NCBI GenBank assembly: GCA_031369985.1
Contig: JANMPU010000034.1
Location: forward strand, 12,857-76,856
Direction: 5' to 3'
Source of the DNA: Sphingomonas sp.
GTDB lineage: Bacteria > Pseudomonadota > Alphaproteobacteria > Sphingomonadales > Sphingomonadaceae
DNA length: 64,000 nucleotides
Shown here piece by piece: positions 48,070 through 57,789 of this stretch. Position 1 is the first letter of the stretch. The number at the start of each line of letters is the position of its first letter. The position numbers and the translations under genes were made by a program. The notes beneath the pieces were generated by a model, which saw only the letters and a list, made by a program, of their open reading frames with translations, was not told where the DNA came from and made no database searches.

Positions 48070-49619
48070 AGGGCGCGCGCTATGCCCTGCTGCTCGTTGC
48101 CCTGACCAATGCGATGAGCCTGCTCGACCGGCAAATTCTTGCGATTTTGGGACCGGCAATCAAAGCGGATTTGAAGATTGGCGATGCCGAAATGGGGCTG
48201 CTATTCGGGACCGTATTTGCGCTGTTCTATGCGCTCTTCTCGCTTCCGATCGGGCGGCTTGCCGATGGTTGGACGCGGACGAAGTTGCTGGCAATCAGCA
48301 TTGGCTTTTGGTCTGCAGCGACTGCTTTGGGCGGGCTGGCGTCGAGCTTTTCGATGCTGGCGCTGTCGCGGCTGGGGGTGGGCATTGGCGAAGCAGCGAC
48401 GCAGCCTGCCGGGACCAGCCTGATCTATGATTATTGGCCGAAGCAGCGGCGCGGCTTTGTCATGGCAGTCCTCGCGTCGGCAATTGCGGTTGGAATTGGT
48501 GGTTCGCTTATCCTCGGCGGGCTGACGGCGGATTGGTGGAACAGGGCTTACGCCAATGCGGGACTTCGCGGATGGCAGTTTGCGCTGCTCGTTGCGGCGG
48601 CACCGGGATTCATTCTTTCGGTCTTGCTTTGGTTCTTACGTGAACCCGAACGCGGTGCGATGGACGGCATTCCCACAGCCCCCGACCCCGCGCCGTTCCG
48701 GGCGAGTGCGCAAGTGCTGGGCGCGGTGTTGCCGGGATTCAATTGGCTGAGCCTTAGACGGTTCGGTGTGGCTGGCACCGTCTGGCGCGACAATCTGCTT
48801 TGGCTCTCCGGGATCGTCGCGGCGATGACCGTCCTCATTATGATCACTAAGCAAATCTCGCCGCGTCCGCCGCTCGATTTCGGTGCAGTCAAGGTCAGCC
48901 CGCACACGATGCAATGGCTGGTGATCGGCTTTGGTCTCTTCGTGCTGGTCAACTTCATCCAGAATATGAAAGTGACCGATGCCCAAGCGCATCGCGTCAT
49001 TATGAAGTCGCCGACGTTGTTGTTGGCCATGGCAGTCGGGACGCTGCAAAGCATCATCAATTACGGGATGATGGCGTTCAATCCCAGTTTCTTGATCAAG
49101 CAATATGGCCTTACGATGGCGGAGGCGGCGCTGCAATTCGGGTTGGTCGCGGCGACAATGGGGATACTCGGGCCTTTGTTGTGGGGGCCGTTGTCGGACC
49201 GGCTCAATCTGCGTTTCCCGGGGGCGGGGCGGGCGTGGGTCGCGCTTTTTGCGATGGGCGTTTCGCCGATCATGTCCTTCTGGGTTTATCATGCACCCGA
49301 TGCGGGCAGTTTCTATCTACGCTTTGTGTTTTACAGCTTTGTCCTGACCGGCTGGCTGCCGCCACTTTATGCGATCATGTATGACCAAGTGCTGCCGAGG
49401 ATGCGCGGGATTACAACCAGCACCTATTTGCTAGTGATGACGATCATCGGCCTTGGCTGCGGGCCGTATGTGGTCGGGATGATATCCGACGCGACCGGCG
49501 ATTTGCGCTTTGCGATGCTCTGCATCAACGCGGCTGCTATCCCGATTGTCGTGCTGATGTTGATCATCGCAATGCGGGCGCAGCAGGACGAGGATGCGTT
49601 GGCGGTGCGGGCGACCTAA
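48066..49619 (+). CDS. MFS transporter
   Basis: Start refined to GTG 48066 (GTGA overlap with ligW). Multi-TM, with the PIGRLADGWTRTK loop motif. Confidence 0.8.
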   Translation: MKGARYALLLVALTNAMSLLDRQILAILGPAIKADLKIGDAEMGLLFGTVFALFYALFSLPIGRLADGWTRTKLLAISIGFWSAATALGGLASSFSMLALSRLGVGIGEAATQPAGTSLIYDYWPKQRRGFVMAVLASAIAVGIGGSLILGGLTADWWNRAYANAGLRGWQFALLVAAAPGFILSVLLWFLREPERGAMDGIPTAPDPAPFRASAQVLGAVLPGFNWLSLRRFGVAGTVWRDNLLWLSGIVAAMTVLIMITKQISPRPPLDFGAVKVSPHTMQWLVIGFGLFVLVNFIQNMKVTDAQAHRVIMKSPTLLLAMAVGTLQSIINYGMMAFNPSFLIKQYGLTMAEAALQFGLVAATMGILGPLLWGPLSDRLNLRFPGAGRAWVALFAMGVSPIMSFWVYHAPDAGSFYLRFVFYSFVLTGWLPPLYAIMYDQVLPRMRGITTSTYLLVMTIIGLGCGPYVVGMISDATGDLRFAMLCINAAAIPIVVLMLIIAMRAQQDEDALAVRAT

Positions 49620-50164
49620 GTCACCCGCCACACCCAGAGCTTGATGCTCGACGCATAGCGCGCGCCCGAGCAGAGGAAGATGCTGCGGTTCATCCAGTCA
49701 TATTTGCCGACCGGCGCAATGAATTCGGGGACGGTGCGAAAGTAATAGTCTGCGGGGTCGACCGTTTCGCCCGCCGCCAATCGCTTCATGACGTCGGGCG
49801 GGCCGTGGCGCAGGCCGCGATTGCGGATCTGAATGATCGCGCCGTCGTCGGTTTTGATCGCATACATGGCGTCGACCACTGTGACGCCATCGTCACGGAT
49901 CAGCTGCCAATCGGCCGCATTGCCCATCAATTGCCCCTTGATCAGCGGCCCTTCGACCCGTCCGCCTTCGAAAATGGGGATGATGCGGCGCGCGCCGTCG
50001 GGAGTTTTGCCGATGGGCACGGGTGCGCCCAGATTGCCGACCGCTTCATAGACGAACTCAACGCCAGGTTTGATCATGGTTGATTTTGCTCCTTTGGCAG
50101 GACCGATGAGGGCGATGGCAGCGGTGCCAATAAGGCCGGTTAACGTGGTGCGACGGTCAATCAT
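49616..50164 (-). CDS. DUF3237-like protein with a twin-arginine-type leader
   Basis: 182 aa. Leader MIDRRTTLTGLIGTAAIALIGPAKG. The pattern GARRIIPIFEGGRVEGPLIKGQLMGNAADW is recalled from the DUF3237/UPF0311 family. Confidence 0.5.
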   Translation of the reverse strand: MIDRRTTLTGLIGTAAIALIGPAKGAKSTMIKPGVEFVYEAVGNLGAPVPIGKTPDGARRIIPIFEGGRVEGPLIKGQLMGNAADWQLIRDDGVTVVDAMYAIKTDDGAIIQIRNRGLRHGPPDVMKRLAAGETVDPADYYFRTVPEFIAPVGKYDWMNRSIFLCSGARYASSIKLWVWRVT

Positions 50165-51618
50165 GCCGCCAATCCAATATCAGCGGCGTCTGCCCAATTG
50201 CCGTGCAGGCCAAAGCGCATGCGGATGGGGATGTTGATCGTCGCAATCGGGCCTTTTTCGATTTCGAGCGCGTCGAACAGGAGGAGGTCGCTGCGATGCT
50301 CCTCCAACCGATTCGCGATTTGCACGATCCAGCCGTCACCTTCGGGCGCGGTTTTGGATCGCGGAATGAAGCAAGGTTCCTGAAGCGACGACACCGGCCC
50401 GCCCCACCAATGTTGCTCTGCGCCGGTCACGTGATCCTTCAGGAATAGGCAGTTCATGAGAAGTCCGCCCGCGCTGCCACCTCTCAGTTCAACCGGGCGG
50501 CGCATGTCCATTTCGAGCATCCAGCCGTAGCGATAGGGTTGTCCGGCGAACCGGTCATCGATGCGGGGAAACTCTGCCGCTGTGTCGGTCAGGCGCACTT
50601 CACTTTCGAACGCATCCGAATTGCTGGCCATATCGACGGTCCAGCGCGTGAGGTAACTCATTGCCTCCATTCCGTTAAACGGCGCGCCGTGAATGTCAGG
50701 GAAGAAGGGAAACATATTGTTCTTTGCGACCGGGATGTCGAAATGCACCTTCGAACCCTCCTGAAACGCGTTCATCACATGGCTGTTGAAGCTGTTGCCG
50801 GTCTTGAACCATCGAATGTCGCCGCTCTTTCGGGAGAGCACGCCGAGATAAACGGGCAGAGTAGTGTCGAACCCGAAATGCGGCAGCCCTTTTTCGAGGC
50901 GATCCCATGATCCGATCGACGGCATCACGTTGAACACTGCATAATCTTCAGTGATCGCAAAGTCATGCATCATGCAATAGTAGGGTGCTTTGAACCAGAA
51001 TTCGGTAAGCAGTTCGCCGTCGGGACTGATCTCGTAAAACGCAACATCGTCCGAACACAGCCCCGACGCGGCATAGCCGAACGCGATCATATTGCCGGTC
51101 TTCGAATCAACCTTCGGATGCGCCGTGAAGGTCTGGCCGCGCATCCGCCCCTGAAACCGGGTGAAGCCGTCGGTTTCCATGGTTGCCGGATCCATGAGCA
51201 ATGCGGGCGAATCTTCCTTTAGTGCCCACAACTTGCCGCCATACAGAAACGCATTTGTATTTGCGGTTCCGCGCACTTCGCCTTCGACCGCCGGATCATC
51301 AGTTAGCGGATTGCGATAGGCGCCGAACAGGGCTTTTCCCGCCTCGTTCTCCAGCTTCCACTTGTCGGTCTTCGCCCAGCGCTGGCGGAAATCGCATTGG
51401 CCGTCATGGATATGAAAACGCGTGATCATCCCGTCGCCGTTAAACGAAATATCATCGGCCTGGCGCGGCGGGAATTGCGGGTCAGGCTGGACGCGGAAAA
51501 AGGCACCGTTGAGTTCGGACGGGATCACGCCTTCATGCACAAGGTCGGCAATGTCCGCCTCAATCCGGCTCGGCGCATTGAAACCCGTGAAGTTGATCGT
51601 CTGTGGAAAATTCGCCAT
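50161..51618 (-). CDS. Carotenoid-cleavage-oxygenase family dioxygenase (lignostilbene-alpha,beta-dioxygenase-like)
   Basis: Start refined to ATG 51618, giving 485 aa. Motifs NGAFFRVQPDP, TAHPKVD, MMHDFAITE, SHVMNAF and RFGLHGNW are typical of LSD/CCO enzymes. Confidence 0.85.
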   Translation of the reverse strand: MANFPQTINFTGFNAPSRIEADIADLVHEGVIPSELNGAFFRVQPDPQFPPRQADDISFNGDGMITRFHIHDGQCDFRQRWAKTDKWKLENEAGKALFGAYRNPLTDDPAVEGEVRGTANTNAFLYGGKLWALKEDSPALLMDPATMETDGFTRFQGRMRGQTFTAHPKVDSKTGNMIAFGYAASGLCSDDVAFYEISPDGELLTEFWFKAPYYCMMHDFAITEDYAVFNVMPSIGSWDRLEKGLPHFGFDTTLPVYLGVLSRKSGDIRWFKTGNSFNSHVMNAFQEGSKVHFDIPVAKNNMFPFFPDIHGAPFNGMEAMSYLTRWTVDMASNSDAFESEVRLTDTAAEFPRIDDRFAGQPYRYGWMLEMDMRRPVELRGGSAGGLLMNCLFLKDHVTGAEQHWWGGPVSSLQEPCFIPRSKTAPEGDGWIVQIANRLEEHRSDLLLFDALEIEKGPIATINIPIRMRFGLHGNWADAADIGLAA

Positions 51619-51637
51619 GTCTGAGCCCTCGACGAAG

Positions 51638-51659
51638 ATTGTATGTGATGCTAACAATC
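51638..51659. promoter_or_regulatory. AT-rich operator-like motif, site 4 of 4
   Basis: ATTGTATGTGATGCTAACAATC, which includes GATTGT-N11-ACAATC, between the LSD gene and the marR-type gene. Confidence 0.45.
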
Positions 51660-51675
51660 GGGCCAAGGGGATCGG

Positions 51676-52149
51676 ATGACAAGACCAAAAGAAATATTGG
51701 TGCCAACGACGCCGCATGTCGATGGCGATGATGATATCGGCGAAATCCGCAACATCGTCGGTTTTCACATCCGTTTGGCGCATGGCGCGGTTTACAGGCA
51801 CTTCACCGAAAGTTTCACGCATCTCGACCTTACGCAGAAACAGGTGTCGGTCCTGTGGCTGATTGATGATCATCCCGACATTGCCCAGACCGATCTAGCG
51901 CAGCGGATGCGGATGGACCGCGCGACAACGATGGCCATCGTCAACCGGCTTGAGGAGCGCGACTATTTGAAGCGTGGCAAGTCAATGTCCGACGGGCGTA
52001 AGCAGACACTCAACCTGACGACGAAAGGGCAGAAGGCGCTGGTTGTCGCGAAACAGGCGATTTCAGACCATGAGAAATGGCTGAAGGCGCGGTTCACCGA
52101 CAAGGAAGTGGCGACGTTGATCGAAATGCTGACGCGTATTCACGATTAA
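51676..52149 (+). CDS. MarR-family transcriptional regulator
   Basis: 157 aa. Winged-helix segment LTQKQVSVLWLIDDHPDIAQTDLAQRMRMDRATTMAIVNRLEERDYLKR. Confidence 0.85.
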   Translation: MTRPKEILVPTTPHVDGDDDIGEIRNIVGFHIRLAHGAVYRHFTESFTHLDLTQKQVSVLWLIDDHPDIAQTDLAQRMRMDRATTMAIVNRLEERDYLKRGKSMSDGRKQTLNLTTKGQKALVVAKQAISDHEKWLKARFTDKEVATLIEMLTRIHD

Positions 52150-52164
52150 GCGCGGTAGGGGAGT

Positions 52165-53469
52165 GTGATGGGGCAAAGTCCAAAGGCGATTATCGACAAC
52201 AGCCCGATGGCGCCGTGGCAATGGTTGGTTGTCGCTATTACCGTTTGCCTCAACGCGCTTGATGGCTTTGACGTTTTGTCGATCAGCTTTGCTTCGCCCG
52301 GCATCGCAAAGGAATGGGGCTTCGGTCAATCCACACTCGGCTGGGTCTTGTCGATGGAGTTGATCGGCATGGCAGTCGGATCGGTATTTCTGGGCGGATT
52401 AGCCGACAAGATCGGGCGACGACCGACAATTCTTGGCTGCCTCGTCGCGATGGCGATTGGCATGTGGTTCGCGGGGCATGCGGATAGCCTAACTGAGTTG
52501 CTGGCGTGGCGGTTGCTGACGGGGCTCGGAATCGGCGGGATGCTGGCCGCGATCAATGCGGCAGCGGCCGAATTTTCAAATCTGCGCTGGCGCAATCTGG
52601 CCATGGCATTGATGGTGATCGGCTATCCGATTGGGGGCTTTTTCGGCGGGAAAGTCGTCCAAGTGCTGCTGGCCGATGGGACATGGCGCGATGTGTTTGC
52701 ATTCGGCGCGATTGCGACCGCGATTTTCATTCCTTTGGTGTTTTTTTTCGTGCCGGAATCAGTGGCGTTTCTGGAACGCAAACGGCCAGTGGGCGCGCTC
52801 GACAAGATCAACCGCACGTTGGCGCGGTTCGGGCACAATGTGGTTGAAGCGCTTCCGGTGTTCAGTGCCGAGGAAGCCAAGCAGGCGATTGGCGACATAT
52901 TCAAACCGGCGCTGATCGGGACGACATTGCTCATCACATTTGCTTACTTCGCGCACATCACGAGTTTCTATTACATCATCAAATGGGTGCCGAAGCTGGT
53001 GGTTGATATGGGCTTTGAGCCGCGTGCAGCGGCGGGGGTTCTGGCTTATGCGAACCTCGGTGGCGCGCTTGGCGGCGCTGTGTTCGGGCTGATTGCGCTC
53101 AGGGTCGGGCTAAAGCCACTGACGATGGTGATGATGGTCGTATCGTTCTGCGGGATTGTCTGGTTCGGCAGCGGATCGAGTGACCTGACGGCGTTGACGA
53201 TGGTTGTGGCGATCACAGGCTTTTTCACGAACGGCGCAATTGCGGGGCTTTACTTGCTGTTCGCAAAAGTCTTCCCAACGCATGTCCGCGCGACAGGGAC
53301 CGGCTTCGCGATTGGCGTCGGCCGTGGCGGCGCGGCATTGGCGCCTGTGCTGGCGGGCTATTTCCTGCAAGGCGGGATTGGCTTGCAAACTGTGTCGATC
53401 ATAATGGGCGCGGGGTCGGTGCTGGGTGCCTTTGCGCTCTGGTTCCTGAAGGAACGCGCGGCAGATTAG
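52165..53469 (+). CDS. MFS transporter, aromatic acid:H+ symporter-like
   Basis: 434 aa, 12 TM helices, GGLADKIGRRP loop motif. Located between the marR-type gene and fcs. Confidence 0.75.
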   Translation: MMGQSPKAIIDNSPMAPWQWLVVAITVCLNALDGFDVLSISFASPGIAKEWGFGQSTLGWVLSMELIGMAVGSVFLGGLADKIGRRPTILGCLVAMAIGMWFAGHADSLTELLAWRLLTGLGIGGMLAAINAAAAEFSNLRWRNLAMALMVIGYPIGGFFGGKVVQVLLADGTWRDVFAFGAIATAIFIPLVFFFVPESVAFLERKRPVGALDKINRTLARFGHNVVEALPVFSAEEAKQAIGDIFKPALIGTTLLITFAYFAHITSFYYIIKWVPKLVVDMGFEPRAAAGVLAYANLGGALGGAVFGLIALRVGLKPLTMVMMVVSFCGIVWFGSGSSDLTALTMVVAITGFFTNGAIAGLYLLFAKVFPTHVRATGTGFAIGVGRGGAALAPVLAGYFLQGGIGLQTVSIIMGAGSVLGAFALWFLKERAAD

Positions 53470-54968
53470 ACGCTTTCGAGTTCTTCGATTGCCCGCGCTT
53501 TTAATATGTGTTTCTGGACTTTGCCCGATCCAGTTCGCGGGATGGTATCGGTTATGACGGCGGTCTTGGGCACTTTGAATTTGGCAAGCCGCGCGGCGCA
53601 ATGGGCAATAATTTGGTTGGGTGAAATGCTGCTGCCCGCGACGGGAATGACATAGGCGCGGCCCACTTCGCCCCAGCGCTCATCGGGCACGCCGACGACG
53701 GCGCATTCGCCAATCTCTGGCAGTTCAGCGAGCGCGGCTTCGACTTCGGCCGGATAGACGTTTTCGCCGCCAGAAATATACATATCCTTCTTGCGGTCGA
53801 CGATGGTGAAATAGCCTTCGTCGTCCTGCATTGCGGCGTCGCCGGTGTGGAACCAGCCATCGGCAAAGGCTTTGGCGGTGAGTCCGGGTTGTTGCCAATA
53901 GCCGCCGGCGACACTGGGGCCGCGGACAAGGAGTTCGCCCTGCTCGCCGGTTGGGACTTCGTCGCCGTCATCGTCGATGATTTTGGTCTGAACCGTCATC
54001 AGCGGGAGGCCGCAACTGCCCGCTTTGCGCAGCATTTCATTGAGGTCGAAGGGAGGGATGGCAAAGTTACTCCCCGTCTCCGACATGCCGAACCCTTCGG
54101 AAATGTGGATGCCAGCGCCGATGAAACGTTCGCTTTGTGCTTTGGGATTGGGCGCGCCGCCGATGGCCCAGGCCACGATCTTCTGGAGTTTGGCAGGATC
54201 GAATTCGGGACGGTTCCAAAGCGTCGCCGCCATTTGCGGGACCGAGAAATAATGCGTCACACAAAGCGCGGGGTCGGTCATCCGTGCGAGTGTCAGTTCG
54301 GGGTCAAACCCTTCGGAGATCAACACCGTCCCGCCCGCCAGCAACGGCGTTCGCGTCGCTGCTGATAACCCCGCCGTGTGGAACAGCGGCATGTCACACA
54401 GGAATGTGCTTGTCGGATTGACGGCATTACCGTGGATAAGATTTGTGCAGCCCCAGAAGTTGTTCTCTTCCGACAGCATCACGCCTTTGGGCCGTCCGCT
54501 CGTGCCTGAGGTGTAGAGCAAGGTTGCGAGTGCATCGAACGGGCGACGGGCGGTCGGGGGCGGGGAAGCCCCTTCGCTGCCAAGGCGGAGCATCTCGGCG
54601 ATGTCGACAATGCGGTTCACATTTGAAGGCACCGTGAACCCGCTCTGTGCGAACAACAGGACCGGCGTCGCATCGGCAACCAGCGCTTCCAGTTCCGCCA
54701 CGGCCAGTCGCCAGTTGAGCGGCATAAAAACCGCCCCTGCGCGGATGGTCGCGAGTTGTAAGATGACCATTTCGGCATTGTTCTTTGACAGCGTGGCAAT
54801 CCGCTCGCCGCTCGCAGGTCCAAACTCGTCTACGATCCAAGCTGCCTGCCGGTCTGCCGCAACATGCAACGCACCATAGGTCCATCGCCGTTCACTCGCG
54901 AGATCAACCACCGCCAGATGATCGCGCATCGCCCGCGCATAAGTGGCGATCGGGTCGAGTTGCGTCAT
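53466..54968 (-). CDS. fcs: Feruloyl-CoA synthetase-type AMP-dependent ligase
   Basis: 500 aa. AMP-binding motif LLYTSGTSGRPKGV and TGD...GY. Coupled to the hydratase-lyase gene. Confidence 0.75.
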   Translation of the reverse strand: MTQLDPIATYARAMRDHLAVVDLASERRWTYGALHVAADRQAAWIVDEFGPASGERIATLSKNNAEMVILQLATIRAGAVFMPLNWRLAVAELEALVADATPVLLFAQSGFTVPSNVNRIVDIAEMLRLGSEGASPPPTARRPFDALATLLYTSGTSGRPKGVMLSEENNFWGCTNLIHGNAVNPTSTFLCDMPLFHTAGLSAATRTPLLAGGTVLISEGFDPELTLARMTDPALCVTHYFSVPQMAATLWNRPEFDPAKLQKIVAWAIGGAPNPKAQSERFIGAGIHISEGFGMSETGSNFAIPPFDLNEMLRKAGSCGLPLMTVQTKIIDDDGDEVPTGEQGELLVRGPSVAGGYWQQPGLTAKAFADGWFHTGDAAMQDDEGYFTIVDRKKDMYISGGENVYPAEVEAALAELPEIGECAVVGVPDERWGEVGRAYVIPVAGSSISPNQIIAHCAARLAKFKVPKTAVITDTIPRTGSGKVQKHILKARAIEELESV

Positions 54969-55810
54969 CGGTCGATCTTACCGGTATTGAAGGTGCCGAG
55001 GCCGGGTTTGAAGCTCTTTTCATCGAGGAACTGACGCGTTGCTTCCTTGCGCGCCTCGACGCCGCCAAAGCTGTGCAAGGCTTCCTGCGCGCGGATCAGG
55101 TAATCCTCGGCATTGTCATAGGTCATTTCGGTCATCCGTCGGATCGCCCATTTGGTCGCGCGGAGAGCATTGCCATCCTTCTTGAGCAACGCTTCGGCGA
55201 TGGCAGTGACGCGGGGGTGAAGCTGATCGGCGGGCACAGCTTCGGTGATGAGCCCTTGCGCTTCGGCCTGTTTGGCGGTCAAATTTTCGCCCATCATTGC
55301 GTGATACAGCGCCTTGCGCAGCGGCATCAGGTCAACCGCGACTTTCGATGCCCCGCCACCGGGTAAAATGCCCCAATTGATTTCGGAAAGGCCAAACTGC
55401 GCGTCCTCGGCGGCGACCGCAATGTCGCAGGCGAACAGCGGGCCATAGCCGCCGCCGAAACACCAGCCATTGACCATCGCGATTGTTGGCTTTTCATACC
55501 AGCGCAGCCGTTCCCACCAGCGATAGGCTTCGCGCTGTGCCTTGCGGATCGAGCCGAGGCCCTCAGCTTCGCTTTCACGGAAATACTCCTGCAAATCCAT
55601 GCCCGCGGACCATGCTTCACCTTCGCCCGAGAGGACGAGAACGCCGACATCGTCGCGATACTCGAGCTCCTCGATCACGCGCAGCATCTGGCGGTTGAGC
55701 TTGGGCGACATGCAGTTGCGCTTTTCGGGGCGGTTGAAACGGACCCAGGCAATGCGGTCGCGCACGTCCACGGCAACAGTGTCTTCTTCGGCGCGGTGCT
55801 GAGCGGCCAT
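54965..55810 (-). CDS. ech: Hydroxycinnamoyl-CoA hydratase-lyase (feruloyl-CoA hydratase/aldolase)
   Basis: Start refined to ATG 55810. NRPEKRNCMSP, GEGEAWSAGMDLQEYFRE and KPTIAMVNGWCFGGG match Pseudomonas HCHL as I recall it. Confidence 0.85.
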   Translation of the reverse strand: MAAQHRAEEDTVAVDVRDRIAWVRFNRPEKRNCMSPKLNRQMLRVIEELEYRDDVGVLVLSGEGEAWSAGMDLQEYFRESEAEGLGSIRKAQREAYRWWERLRWYEKPTIAMVNGWCFGGGYGPLFACDIAVAAEDAQFGLSEINWGILPGGGASKVAVDLMPLRKALYHAMMGENLTAKQAEAQGLITEAVPADQLHPRVTAIAEALLKKDGNALRATKWAIRRMTEMTYDNAEDYLIRAQEALHSFGGVEARKEATRQFLDEKSFKPGLGTFNTGKIDR

Positions 55811-55864
55811 GGTTTCTCCTTGTCGAAGCTCAGGCATATCGCAGTCGGCGGGGGCACTCAATAG

Positions 55865-55885
55865 AATGTAAGTATTGCTTACATT
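55865..55885. promoter_or_regulatory. Perfect 8-bp inverted repeat in the ech/fdsG divergent promoter region
   Basis: AATGTAAG-TATTG-CTTACATT. Confidence 0.4.
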
Positions 55886-55921
55886 TTATCACTGGTGCGG
55901 GTCGGGTGGTGACCTTAAGAC

Positions 55922-56356
55922 GTGAGCGTGAGCGACATAACGACCATCGCCGACATCGTGGCCGCACATGCTGGGCGCGAAGGGCCTTTGCTTCCGATAC
56001 TGCATGATGTGCAGGCGGCGTTCGGGCATGTGTCCGAAGTGGCGATTGTCGAGATTGCCCTCGCGCTGAACCTGACCCGCGCCGAAGTGCATGGGGTAGT
56101 CAGTTTTTATCACGATTTCCGCGATGTGCCGGCCGCGGTTCTGCCCGTAAAATTGTGCCGGGCAGAGGCTTGTCAGGCGCGGGGTGTGGAGGCGCTTTAC
56201 GAAGGGCTGTCCGCCGAGGTGAAAGGTCGGATTGAGACGGTTTATTGTCTCGGGCTGTGCAGCGTGGGTCCGGCGGCGTTGTTGCCCGATGGCTCGGTTA
56301 GAGCGCGGCTTGATGCTGATGCGTTGGTAGCGTTGGTAGCGTTGGTGGCGGCATGA
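55922..56356 (+). CDS. fdsG: NAD-dependent formate dehydrogenase gamma subunit (NuoE-like, 2Fe-2S)
   Basis: 144 aa, GTG start. NuoE-like LLPILHDVQAAFGHV, with Cys residues in CRAEAC...C...CLGLC. Confidence 0.8.
   Translation: MSVSDITTIADIVAAHAGREGPLLPILHDVQAAFGHVSEVAIVEIALALNLTRAEVHGVVSFYHDFRDVPAAVLPVKLCRAEACQARGVEALYEGLSAEVKGRIETVYCLGLCSVGPAALLPDGSVRARLDADALVALVALVAA
56320..56346 (+). repeat. 9-bp tandem repeat x3 at the fdsG 3' end
   Basis: GCGTTGGTA GCGTTGGTA GCGTTGGTG, encoding ALVALVALV. Confidence 0.8.
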
Positions 56357-57789
56357 AGGTTCGCATTTCCGATGATGTTTCGGCGTTGGCATGCGGGGCG
56401 GATGATGTGGTGGCGGCTTTTGCGGCGGCGGGCTGCACTGTTGAACGCGTGTCGAGTTGGGGGATGCACTGGCTCGAACCGTTGGCTGAGATGGAGGGGG
56501 TTGGGTTTGGGCCGCTGACGCCCGGCGATGTGGCCGATGTTTTGGCGGGGACGAGCGACAAGTCGATTGGTGCGATTGCCGAGCATCCCTTCATCAACAG
56601 TCAACAGCGGCTGACCTTTGCGCGTGCGGGGAAGACGCGACCGTTGAGCCTCGATGATTATGGTGATTGGGCCGGGTTGAACAAAGCGCGCGCGATTGGT
56701 GCCGCGGCGACCGTCGATGCCATCACAGCTTCTGGCCTTCGAGGGCGGGGCGGGGCGGGATTTCCGGCGGGGATCAAATCGAAGACCGTGGCCGACGCGC
56801 GGGGCGACCGGAAATATATCGTCTGTAATGCTGATGAGGGCGACAGCGGCACGTTTGCCGACCGCATGGTTATGGAAGGCGACCCTTTCATGCTCATTGA
56901 AGGCATCGCGATTGTAGGCTTCGCGGTGGGCGCGGGGAAGGGCTTTGTCTACATCCGCTCCGAATATCCGCATGCGATTGCAAAAATGGAGGCGGCGGTT
57001 CGGGCGGCGGCGCATTTGGTTGCGCCGTTCGATATTGAGGTCCGCGTCGGCGCGGGGGCCTATGTTTGCGGCGAGGAAACGTCGTTGCTCAACAGCATCG
57101 AAGGAAAGCGTGGCGAAGTGCGCGCCAAGCCGCCATTGCCCGCACATGAAGGATTGTTCGGGCAACCAACCGTCATCAACAATGTCCTTACGCTCGCTGC
57201 AGTGCCCTGGATCATGGCCAATGGGGCGGAAGGCTATGCGGCGTTCGGCATAGGACGGTCGAAAGGGACGATGCCGATCCAGTTGGCGGGCAATATCAAG
57301 CATGGCGGGCTTTATGAGACGGCGTTCGGAATCAGTCTGCGCGAACTGGTATACGACATTGGCGGCGGGACCGCGTCGGGGCGTCCGGTGAAAGCGGTTC
57401 AGGTTGGTGGGCCGTTGGGTGCCTATATTCACCCCGACCAGTTTGATTTGCCGTTCGATTACGAAGCCTATGCCGCTGCCGACGGGCTGATCGGCCATGG
57501 CGGAATCGTGGTATTCGACGACAGCGCAGATATGGCAAAACAGGCGCGTTTTGCGTTCGAATTTTGTGCAGCGGAGAGTTGCGGCAAGTGCACGCCGTGT
57601 CGAATTGGCAGTGTGCGCGGGGTTGAGGTGATGGATCGTGTGATTGGCGGAGAAAAATCGGATGATCATTTCTCACTGATCGACGACCTTTGCGAAACGA
57701 TGAAATTTGGGTCGTTGTGTGCATTGGGCGGCTTCACGCCTTATCCGGTGCTTTCTGCGATCAAGCATTGGCCGGAGGATTTCCGGTGA
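56353..57789 (+). CDS. fdsB: NAD-dependent formate dehydrogenase beta subunit (NuoF-like)
   Basis: 478 aa. Motifs LRGRGGAGFPAGIKS (FMN/NADH site) and ESCGKCTPCR (4Fe-4S). Confidence 0.9.
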   Translation: MKVRISDDVSALACGADDVVAAFAAAGCTVERVSSWGMHWLEPLAEMEGVGFGPLTPGDVADVLAGTSDKSIGAIAEHPFINSQQRLTFARAGKTRPLSLDDYGDWAGLNKARAIGAAATVDAITASGLRGRGGAGFPAGIKSKTVADARGDRKYIVCNADEGDSGTFADRMVMEGDPFMLIEGIAIVGFAVGAGKGFVYIRSEYPHAIAKMEAAVRAAAHLVAPFDIEVRVGAGAYVCGEETSLLNSIEGKRGEVRAKPPLPAHEGLFGQPTVINNVLTLAAVPWIMANGAEGYAAFGIGRSKGTMPIQLAGNIKHGGLYETAFGISLRELVYDIGGGTASGRPVKAVQVGGPLGAYIHPDQFDLPFDYEAYAAADGLIGHGGIVVFDDSADMAKQARFAFEFCAAESCGKCTPCRIGSVRGVEVMDRVIGGEKSDDHFSLIDDLCETMKFGSLCALGGFTPYPVLSAIKHWPEDFR

